From an uncultured Candidatus Poseidoniales archaeon (GTDB taxonomy: Archaea > Thermoplasmatota > Poseidoniia > Poseidoniales > Poseidoniaceae): 64,000 nt of DNA. The notes under the pieces were generated by a model. It had not been told where the DNA came from. It was given only the letters and a program-made list of their open reading frames with translations, and did not search any database. This document shows, one piece after another, positions 53,315 to 61,422 of this stretch (position 1 is the first letter of the stretch; each line of letters begins with the position of its first letter). The DNA lies in assembly GCA_905182715.1 (NCBI GenBank), contig CAJJCP010000003.1, positions 67,580 through 131,579 of the forward strand, read 5' to 3'. The position numbers and the translations under genes are program-made.

Positions 53315-55846
53315 ATGCGAACTGTTCGGGCACTGTGTTTGACCCTTCTCCTCCTGCTGACTCCACTGTCTCTTCTTGCAACACCTGCAACGGCTTCAGA
53401 TACTTCAGTAAGCGCCGATACAACATGGTCGGGGGCTGTTGTCCTCACCGGAAACGTCACCGTCATGAACGGCTCAACGCTCACGCTTTCTCCAGGTACA
53501 ACGGTCGATGGCGGCGATGGGTATTGGATTCGAGTTGATGGAACACTCCTTGCATCTCAAACCGACTTCTTCTCCTCTCAAGTACCACTTACCGGCGGCT
53601 CACATGGAGCTGGTCTATGGACTGGAATTTACATTGCCGCCAAAGGCCACGCGGTTTTGGATGAGGTAACAATCCAGAATGCGAAAACTGCACTCAAGGT
53701 GGAAGGTCAACTTTCAGCCTACAAAATCACCATCGAAGATGCATATATCGGTGTCAATGTGTTCGGTTCGGCAAATATTGAATCGCTTACAGCACAACAC
53801 ATCGATTATGAAGTTCTTCGAAATTCTGGAAATCTAAATCTTTCAACAGGCACATTCACTGATATTGCCGGCGGTCTTTGGTCGACAGGCATGAGCACTG
53901 TTGATACGGTGACCATTTCCCAAGCAGGGACAGGTTTGCGTTCGACAAGCGGTACACTCTCTGCAACAGGCATTGGATTCATCGATACAACCGTTGCAAT
54001 TGCTAGCCAGCAAGGAGCATCTACTACGGTTCAAAGCATAACTGCCAATAACGTCGCTTTGCTTATCGATGCCGCAGACAGTGATGATTTAACCGTCTCG
54101 AATGGTGCAGTTTCAGGACATCGCCTTCTTTTAGCGAACGGAGCGAGTTCCTTTTCAATCAATGATATCGAATTTGAAGGAAACCCATCTGAATCACTAC
54201 CTGTAGTGGACCAAAGATGTACGGGCACCTGTAGTTGGGATGGCATTGAAGTTTCCAATGTAACCAACGGCTTCTTCCTTTCAGGTTCTGGTAACCATTC
54301 AATATCTGGGCTCGATCTTTCTGCATCAGAGCGAGGGATTGAAGGAACAGGAATGGGACATATAAGTCTCGAATTCATCAATGTAACAGCCGGAACAAAA
54401 GGCATAGAGTTCCGCGACCCTGATAGTAGTCTGAATGAAGTTTCAGTTGAAATGACATCGACCACATCGACCGCTTACGACCTTCTCGATGGCCATCACC
54501 AATGGACTTCTGTTGGAGCGTCAAAAACATATTCTGCCCAAGACACAACCTCAATTGGCCTTACTGCATGGTATGCAACCATCGAATCAACTTCTTTCTC
54601 ATCACTTCATTTTGGTAACGGCATACAGGCAAACCATGCCGAAATATCTGGCAGCTCGTTTTCAATTCAAGATGGAAAAGGCATCGGGATTCAATTAGAA
54701 CGCAGTTCACTCATCGTTGATACATTGAATACTCGCGCATACCCTGATGGCGTTGTTCTCGACAAATCTTCAGATCTCCACGTTTCCGATTGGACCGCAG
54801 CAACTCATACGACACCATTGTCCATCAGCACCGCTTCAAACGCCATCATTCGAAACTTCCAGCCTCAAAACACTCCAACCTCTTCCTCCGATGCTCTAGG
54901 AGATGGCACACTCATCTATGGCGGTTCAACAACAGCGAACATTGCAGTATCGTCTGCCTCGTATCTTGAAGAAACTCCGGTAACCTTCACCGACTTAGCT
55001 GGAAACCCAGTTGAAGCAACAATCAGCGTCCATGGTTTTTCAATTCAAAGCGACGTGAACGGAGGAGCAACCCTTCCACTCCTCAACAGTGGGTCTTCAG
55101 TTGATGTCACCCTTGCCGGTGCTGGTGTACGCGTCATACTGTATGGCTCCCAAATGGGGCAATCAGTCCAAGTACCAGTCATTCCACAAGGCGATTGGGT
55201 TATTTCAACAGGTCAATTTGTATTCCTCGGTCCTCGACCTGATGGATTGCCACATACAATGTCTGGCGACCTTACAATCTCCACTGGGGCAGGTTTAGAA
55301 TTGTCTGATACCTCTCTGGTTTTACCTGCTGATGGTAGCGCCGAGATTCAAGGTTCAGGTGAATTGACCGGTAGTGGCTCATCTCTTGTTTCGAACAGTC
55401 TTTCACTTGGTTTTGATTCAGTGCTCACGCAATCAGATGGAGGTCAAGGAATGACCATTGCCTCTAACCTTACATGGGCTTGTCAAACAACACGTAGCGT
55501 CTCAAACATTGACATTCTAGGTTCTTTGATGCTTCAGCCCGGATGCCCAGTTGAGATGCTTGGAGGAAGTGTTGGAGGAACGGTCACAGCACTCACCAGT
55601 GCTGAATTGACGATTCTCTCTTCTCTTCAACTCACTGTTCTCGACAAAGGCGAACCTGTTGCAGGTGCATTCATTTCGATTGATGGAGCAGTTACTTCAA
55701 CCGATGTGAATGGAGAAGTTTCGACCACAGCAACCGCACGACACGTCGATGATGATTCTGAAACGGTCGGCGGCATCAAAAACATTAATCTTCAAATTGG
55801 ATCATTCATGGATTTCGTAACCTGGGATTCCATCGACTTCGTTTGA
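53315..55846 (+). CDS. Exported parallel beta-helix-like repeat protein
   Basis: 843-aa ORF. Signal peptide is MRTVRALCLTLLLLLTPLSLLATPATA. Long Gly/Ser/Thr/Asn-rich short-strand repeats follow (W.G.V.L.G.V.V..GSTLT..PGT.V). No C-terminal anchor. Confidence 0.8.
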   Translation: MRTVRALCLTLLLLLTPLSLLATPATASDTSVSADTTWSGAVVLTGNVTVMNGSTLTLSPGTTVDGGDGYWIRVDGTLLASQTDFFSSQVPLTGGSHGAGLWTGIYIAAKGHAVLDEVTIQNAKTALKVEGQLSAYKITIEDAYIGVNVFGSANIESLTAQHIDYEVLRNSGNLNLSTGTFTDIAGGLWSTGMSTVDTVTISQAGTGLRSTSGTLSATGIGFIDTTVAIASQQGASTTVQSITANNVALLIDAADSDDLTVSNGAVSGHRLLLANGASSFSINDIEFEGNPSESLPVVDQRCTGTCSWDGIEVSNVTNGFFLSGSGNHSISGLDLSASERGIEGTGMGHISLEFINVTAGTKGIEFRDPDSSLNEVSVEMTSTTSTAYDLLDGHHQWTSVGASKTYSAQDTTSIGLTAWYATIESTSFSSLHFGNGIQANHAEISGSSFSIQDGKGIGIQLERSSLIVDTLNTRAYPDGVVLDKSSDLHVSDWTAATHTTPLSISTASNAIIRNFQPQNTPTSSSDALGDGTLIYGGSTTANIAVSSASYLEETPVTFTDLAGNPVEATISVHGFSIQSDVNGGATLPLLNSGSSVDVTLAGAGVRVILYGSQMGQSVQVPVIPQGDWVISTGQFVFLGPRPDGLPHTMSGDLTISTGAGLELSDTSLVLPADGSAEIQGSGELTGSGSSLVSNSLSLGFDSVLTQSDGGQGMTIASNLTWACQTTRSVSNIDILGSLMLQPGCPVEMLGGSVGGTVTALTSAELTILSSLQLTVLDKGEPVAGAFISIDGAVTSTDVNGEVSTTATARHVDDDSETVGGIKNINLQIGSFMDFVTWDSIDFV

Positions 55847-55850
55847 GCAC

Positions 55851-58007
55851 ATGTTCATGGCTTCGACAATTACGCCGGGTTCTCTTTCCAACTGGCTTGT
55901 ACTCGAAGCCCAATGGAGTCCATACTTCCTCGATGGCGATCTCGATGTTGAAGCATTAGGGACACTTACCATCGATGATGGCGTTTCACTGCGTATTTCC
56001 GAAGGAAGTCAAATCAGTGTTGATGGCCGTATTGATGCAGGAGCAGCAACCCTCTCCTCAACAGGCTCGGGCTCTCGTTGGGGTGGTTTTGTTATGGGTG
56101 GCGCCAGTTCCACTCTCGATTTGTCCTTGACCAATATCGTTGAAGCCTCACCGGCTTTGACAGTTGACAGTCAAGGAACCTTCATTGGCGACGGGATTAC
56201 CATGGCGCGTTCTTCAGGGGCTGACCCTTTAATTGTCATCAACAGTAACAGTAATGCGAACATTACCCTCAAAAATTCACACATGTATGACGCTGGTAAC
56301 GGGTGTATCAAGGCATTCCCATCGTCGAGTCACTTGACACTCTCTGAAGTTACACTCGAATCATGTAACGGTATTGGCGTCTGGGCTCGACAAATATCTC
56401 TGAACTTCGACACGGTTGTTGTTGGGGATGAAGTATCAACTGGATTTGATTTCACTGCAGTTACCGGAGTCTTGTCGAACATTGATGCATCCTTGTTCAA
56501 TGGCAGTGGTCACATTCTTGCTTTAGATTCAATCGATGGGGACTTTACGGTTTCTCACTTGAATGGAACCGTTGGAGCAGGTGCAGGGATCACCGGTTCT
56601 AACAGCCGCGACATCCAGATGAACCATATCCAGCTCACCGGCTCACCGGGACTTGATTTTGACAACTCAGCAGGAATGTTACACGATGTTATACTGAACG
56701 GCCCTGGTTCGGGAACTGCGCTCATAAGCCATCACGGACGCTCTTCGGACTCTCTGATCATTGAAGACCTCGTTGCCTTTTCTTATTCAGTGGGTATTGA
56801 TTTACACGGAGATGAAGGCGATGGTGCAATTGCTCCATTGATTCTACGTAACCCAGACATCATCACTTCGACCGTTCTTGCATCAGAGAATTATCCAGCC
56901 CGAATCGAAGGTGGTATCATGTATGGAGTCATTTCTGCATCGGGGATGATTACCATTGACCTCATCGACACATCCACTGAAAATCCTTCAATGTATGATG
57001 GTGCAGAATTGCGAACTTGGAAGACATTTACGCTCAGTGCTCAACTGAACGGGGTCCTTCAGGATGTTGGATTTTCAATACACACGCTTGGGCTTGAGCC
57101 TGCCTTTTCAACATCGGTGTTTGGTAATTCGCTGCTTGTAGAAATCCCGGTAGCATTCGCAGGTAACCAAACCAGTTCAACACTCGTGTCGTTCAACGTC
57201 ACCACCCAAGCCAGTGGTTTACCGGATACCGTTCATGATACGAATTATTCAGAGACAACTTCATTACTCATCGAAATCGCATTAGTTTCAAACAATCCAC
57301 CAACTGTGGAAATCATTCAACCATACTCTGGTGAGCGTGTTATGGAGTCTGTTCACCTCCTCGCAGCAGCAGAATATTCTGATGATTTAGATGCTGTACA
57401 GGATTTAACTTTGGTATGGATTATTACTGATTCCGCCGGAGTTGAAGTGATGCGTGGTCCAAATGAACCACAATACAACATCACGGATTTACAATTTGGA
57501 TTGTATGTTCTTGAATTACGAGTGACTGATACGTTGGGCGCTACTTCAAGTGATGCGGTTGATTTTGAAGTCACAGAACTTGACAGTGATGGAGATTGGA
57601 CCAATACCTGTATATTCACTTTGAACACCAGTGTGTGGTTTGATAAAATCAATGGCTATTCATGCGGACCAGACAGTGAAGATACCGACGATGATAACGA
57701 CGGCCATCCCGACACTCGAGACGCATGGCCTGTTGATCCATGTGCGTGGCAAGATACCGATAATGACGGCCTGCCGAATAATGTCAATTGCCCAGAAGGA
57801 AAAACGACCTATCTTGTTGCAGACCCAGACGATGATAACGACGGCATCCTCGACATATTGGAAGGTGAAACAGCAACTGATAGCGGTGACTTTTCCACTG
57901 GGACACTCTTGCTCATCGTTCTCATTCTTGCGGGCATTGGCCTGTTTATGGCAAGAGTAAAGCGCGGTGGCGGAGAACTTGGCCCGATTAACGAGAAACA
58001 TCTGTGA
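55851..58007 (+). CDS. Beta-helix-like repeat protein with Ig-like region, TSP3-like loops and C-terminal TM anchor; lacks its own signal peptide
   Basis: 718-aa ORF starting 4 nt after the previous stop in another frame. The opening module (WSPYFLDGDLDV.ALGTLTIDDGVSLRISEGSQISVDG) resembles the start of 53315-55846. The end reads DTDDDNDGHPD...DTDNDGLPN...DPDDDNDGILD, then LLLIVLILAGIGLFMARVKR. Confidence 0.75.
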   Translation: MFMASTITPGSLSNWLVLEAQWSPYFLDGDLDVEALGTLTIDDGVSLRISEGSQISVDGRIDAGAATLSSTGSGSRWGGFVMGGASSTLDLSLTNIVEASPALTVDSQGTFIGDGITMARSSGADPLIVINSNSNANITLKNSHMYDAGNGCIKAFPSSSHLTLSEVTLESCNGIGVWARQISLNFDTVVVGDEVSTGFDFTAVTGVLSNIDASLFNGSGHILALDSIDGDFTVSHLNGTVGAGAGITGSNSRDIQMNHIQLTGSPGLDFDNSAGMLHDVILNGPGSGTALISHHGRSSDSLIIEDLVAFSYSVGIDLHGDEGDGAIAPLILRNPDIITSTVLASENYPARIEGGIMYGVISASGMITIDLIDTSTENPSMYDGAELRTWKTFTLSAQLNGVLQDVGFSIHTLGLEPAFSTSVFGNSLLVEIPVAFAGNQTSSTLVSFNVTTQASGLPDTVHDTNYSETTSLLIEIALVSNNPPTVEIIQPYSGERVMESVHLLAAAEYSDDLDAVQDLTLVWIITDSAGVEVMRGPNEPQYNITDLQFGLYVLELRVTDTLGATSSDAVDFEVTELDSDGDWTNTCIFTLNTSVWFDKINGYSCGPDSEDTDDDNDGHPDTRDAWPVDPCAWQDTDNDGLPNNVNCPEGKTTYLVADPDDDNDGILDILEGETATDSGDFSTGTLLLIVLILAGIGLFMARVKRGGGELGPINEKHL

Positions 58008-58010
58008 GGC

Positions 58011-58589
58011 GTGAATATGGCTGAGGATTTGCTCTTATCTGCAAACGTGGCTGCTGCGAGTGCGGTTTTCATTCTCGGCCTTATCGTGGCTTGGGATGCC
58101 TTTTGGTTGACGCGACAAAGGAGTGACATCCCCCAATTAGGTGAATTGAAGAATGGTGGTTTTGCTTGGCAGAGTGAAGGGCCCCATGAAGTCATTCGGC
58201 AATGGGGAAACCTTGCTTCAATGGCTGCAATGATCGCTCTTCCATGGGCACTTATCAACGCATCAAACACCAGTTATTGGTACGGCATCGCCTGGGGTGT
58301 GCTTTTATCTCTCCACATCATTTCATTACTCATTCCAAAGCGTTACGCCATCACCCGCACTCACCTTTTTGCCGATGGTCAGAGGTATGATTGGAATCGA
58401 TTGCGACTTGCTCGCCGTCAACCGGCTCGCCGAATAATGCTTTTACGGAAAGGCTGGGGAATTTTCGGCCCTCTCCCTTTAGGTGGTGCACAAAATGACT
58501 TGTCAGTGGCCCGTTCACGCATTCTTTTAGCGCTTGATACTGAGGGCGATTGGCCCCAAAATACTCAGAAGAAAACGGAAGAAGAGTAG
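58011..58589 (+). CDS. Hypothetical membrane protein
   Basis: 192-aa ORF starting 4 nt after the upstream stop. It has 3 hydrophobic helices and then a basic soluble domain. Confidence 0.5.
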   Translation: MNMAEDLLLSANVAAASAVFILGLIVAWDAFWLTRQRSDIPQLGELKNGGFAWQSEGPHEVIRQWGNLASMAAMIALPWALINASNTSYWYGIAWGVLLSLHIISLLIPKRYAITRTHLFADGQRYDWNRLRLARRQPARRIMLLRKGWGIFGPLPLGGAQNDLSVARSRILLALDTEGDWPQNTQKKTEEE

Positions 58590-58625
58590 CGTTATTCTCA
58601 ATAGTCGCCTTGCATTGGGCAGTTT

Positions 58626-59054
58626 ATGGAATGGACACGAAGCGGCGACGATGTATTTTTGCGACTTGACCCGGGTGAAGAAATTCACGCCTCAATACGA
58701 GCTCTTGCGGATGAAGCCGGTATCGATGCTGCAGCCATTACCAGTGGCATTGGTCGAACTCGAATGAATGTGCACGGCTTTATGGACGAATCTCATAAGT
58801 ACCAACAGTGGACACTTGAAGAAGCGAGTGAATTGGTAAGCATGCAGGGAAACTTAGCACGCCATGAGGATGGGAGTGCATTCACCCATATTCATGCGAC
58901 CTTCACAGCAAATGACAACACCGTTCATGCTGGACATTTGTTTGAAGCAACCGTTCACGTGGTTGCTGAAATACATTTGAGAATCCTTTCTCAAGCAATT
59001 ATGACGCGTTGCCCAATGGCAAACAGCGATTTTGTGGCTCTTCGTTTCAGTTGA
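58626..59054 (+). CDS. PPC (DUF296) domain protein
   Basis: 142-aa ORF. The layout LRLDPGEEI..SI...A.E.GI.AA.I.SGIG....V......H.H..F....TV.AGHL matches the PPC/DUF296 fold family. Confidence 0.7.
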   Translation: MEWTRSGDDVFLRLDPGEEIHASIRALADEAGIDAAAITSGIGRTRMNVHGFMDESHKYQQWTLEEASELVSMQGNLARHEDGSAFTHIHATFTANDNTVHAGHLFEATVHVVAEIHLRILSQAIMTRCPMANSDFVALRFS

Positions 59055-59097
59055 CCGTTAAGGGAGCCTTAAGAAGTCTTGATTCCCTCGTTCTATT

Positions 59098-61323
59098 ATG
59101 GCGCAGACCGGCCCTTCTCCAACAGATGAGCCGGCGCGAATAGCGTGGCTTGCTGAACAAATTGGCCACCATTCCCATCTCTACTATAACGTCGCAGAAC
59201 CCGAAATCTCTGACGCTGCCTTCGACCGATTATGGGATGAACTCAACACACTTTCACCTGAACACCCTCAACTCAATCGTGTTGGAGCAGATGTCGATCC
59301 TGGCTCGGTTAAAGTTGAACACATGTTTCCAATGCGCAGTCTTGACAAGGCAACGGGAGATGAAGAAATACATCATTTTGTTCATGAGACAGCATTAGGG
59401 GCAACTCGCTTTCTCTCCCAACCAAAACTCGACGGTTCTGCTCTCTCCTTAGAGTATCGAAAAGGTCGATTAGTCCGAGCAGCAACACGGGGAAGCGGAG
59501 AGAGAGGCGAAGATGTTACTCGAAATGCTCGTAAAGTTGGCAACGTCCCTGAGCGATTGAACGTCGATGTTGATGTCCATGTTCGCGGTGAAGTCGTTAT
59601 GGAGCGAGATGTTTTTCATTCGAAATACAGCGACATTTCTCCAAACCCGCGAAATCTTGCGGCTGGCGCTCTTCGTCAAAAGCGAGCCGAAGGGAAAGCA
59701 AAGCCCAGTGACTTGGTCTTTCAAGCATATGATGCGAAATTCCCATCCACTGCCGACAGCCATCCAGATGCAATCAAGCCACCAAGTACTGAATTCGACA
59801 GCGATATCCTCGATTGGTTAAGTGAGGTTGCAGGTATTTGCCCGGCACCTTGGAAAATCCATCAAGCCGAAACACCTTCCGAAGTCACTCAATTGATGAC
59901 CCAAACAACCCAACATTGGGCGAATATCAGAGATCAACACCCGTTTGAAATCGATGGAGTGGTGTTCAAAGTCGATTCCCTGGCTACCCGAGACTTGCTT
60001 GGTATGACTGCCCATCATCCCCGATGGGCATTGGCGTGGAAGTTCCCTCCTGAAGAAGCCACATCGGTGATTCTCGAAGTCAATTGGCAAACAGGGCGAA
60101 CAGGCGTGGTTACACCAGTCGCTCGCATCGCCCCTCAAACGGTGGGAGGTGTGACTGTTGAACATACGACGCTGCACAATGTTGGCGAAGTCGAACGCCT
60201 CGGGCTCCAACTTGGAGACAGAGTTCTCATCGTTCGCAGAGGAGATGTCATTCCCAAAATTGAATCTGGATTAGGCCCAGCCAAACCAGAAGACCTGGCA
60301 AATAGGTACCATGCTGACGGAACGCTCTTCGATGAAGAATTACCACTTGACACCACCATCGTGATTCCCCCCCATTGTCCTGCCTGTGAAGGGGGTTTGG
60401 AAACCGATGGAGCATTTTTGCGATGTACGGACCTTATGTGCGATGCTCGAACGAGCCGTTCGATTCTCTATTGGTGCAGAGCGCTTGAAATGGACGGGAT
60501 TGGCGAAAAGCTCGTCGAGCAGTTACTCGAGCAAAACCATATCAAGAATATCCCCGATTTATTCCGCCTTCAGCAAGCAGAACTGGAGAATATGGACCGA
60601 ATGGGTGAGAAGTCTGCTCTCAATGTTTTGAATGAACTTGGTAAAGTCAAGGAACTCCCGCTTGGTAAATTCTTGCATGCGTTGGGCCTTCCAGGGATTG
60701 GGCCAGAATTAGCAACAGCTGTAGCCCAACACTGCGGAGATTTCGATTCACTTTTACAATGGGTCGAGGATGCTTTTGCGACCGAAGAGGATGCGAACTT
60801 CGGCTCATTGCTTGATGAAAAAGAGAAACCATATTCTGAAAATCAAGCCATTCGTTCACTGTGTGATGTTGAAGGAATTGGCAGCAAGGTCGCCCTCCAA
60901 GTTCGCGACGGACTTTCAAAAAGAAAAGAAATGTTACTCGACCTCGCAACACTGATCACTCTTCTTGACGAGCCAAAAGCAGCATCTGGCGGGCCACTTG
61001 ATGGGATGACGTTTTGTCTAACCGGTACACTTCAAAAACCACGAAAAGAAGTTCAATTAGCTATCAAGGCCGCAGGCGGTAAGGTCGTAGGCAGTGTTTC
61101 TTCACAACTCAGCGTTTTACTCGCAGGAGAAAAAGCAGGTTCGAAGTTGGCAAAAGCAGAATCCCTTGGCGTACAAGTCTGGTCGGAACAAAAACTCGAA
61201 GCAGCACTTGGTCAATCAACACCTCCTGCGCAAACCCACACATCTCCAGAGCGTGAGCCTGAGATGAATTCAGAAACTAAAAAAGAAGAGAAGAAACAAC
61301 CATCTCTTTTTGATTTCAACTGA
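59098..61323 (+). CDS. ligA: NAD+-dependent DNA ligase (bacterial type) with a C-terminal extension
   Basis: 741-aa ORF. The adenylation motif is KLDGSALSLEY. The OB fold, the Zn finger (CPACEGGL...CTDLMC), HhH repeats and BRCT (FCLTGTL...AGGKV..SVS....LLAGE.AGSKL.KA..LGV) follow. A ~45-aa tail then ends in KKQPSLFDFN. Confidence 0.95.
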   Translation: MAQTGPSPTDEPARIAWLAEQIGHHSHLYYNVAEPEISDAAFDRLWDELNTLSPEHPQLNRVGADVDPGSVKVEHMFPMRSLDKATGDEEIHHFVHETALGATRFLSQPKLDGSALSLEYRKGRLVRAATRGSGERGEDVTRNARKVGNVPERLNVDVDVHVRGEVVMERDVFHSKYSDISPNPRNLAAGALRQKRAEGKAKPSDLVFQAYDAKFPSTADSHPDAIKPPSTEFDSDILDWLSEVAGICPAPWKIHQAETPSEVTQLMTQTTQHWANIRDQHPFEIDGVVFKVDSLATRDLLGMTAHHPRWALAWKFPPEEATSVILEVNWQTGRTGVVTPVARIAPQTVGGVTVEHTTLHNVGEVERLGLQLGDRVLIVRRGDVIPKIESGLGPAKPEDLANRYHADGTLFDEELPLDTTIVIPPHCPACEGGLETDGAFLRCTDLMCDARTSRSILYWCRALEMDGIGEKLVEQLLEQNHIKNIPDLFRLQQAELENMDRMGEKSALNVLNELGKVKELPLGKFLHALGLPGIGPELATAVAQHCGDFDSLLQWVEDAFATEEDANFGSLLDEKEKPYSENQAIRSLCDVEGIGSKVALQVRDGLSKRKEMLLDLATLITLLDEPKAASGGPLDGMTFCLTGTLQKPRKEVQLAIKAAGGKVVGSVSSQLSVLLAGEKAGSKLAKAESLGVQVWSEQKLEAALGQSTPPAQTHTSPEREPEMNSETKKEEKKQPSLFDFN

Positions 61324-61422
61324 GGAGTGTTGTCTTTCGAACACATGAACTTCTTCGATGAAATCAGAGATTAAACATCCACTTGACCAACCTTTGATAA
61401 CCACTCACACAGTGGTATAGAC

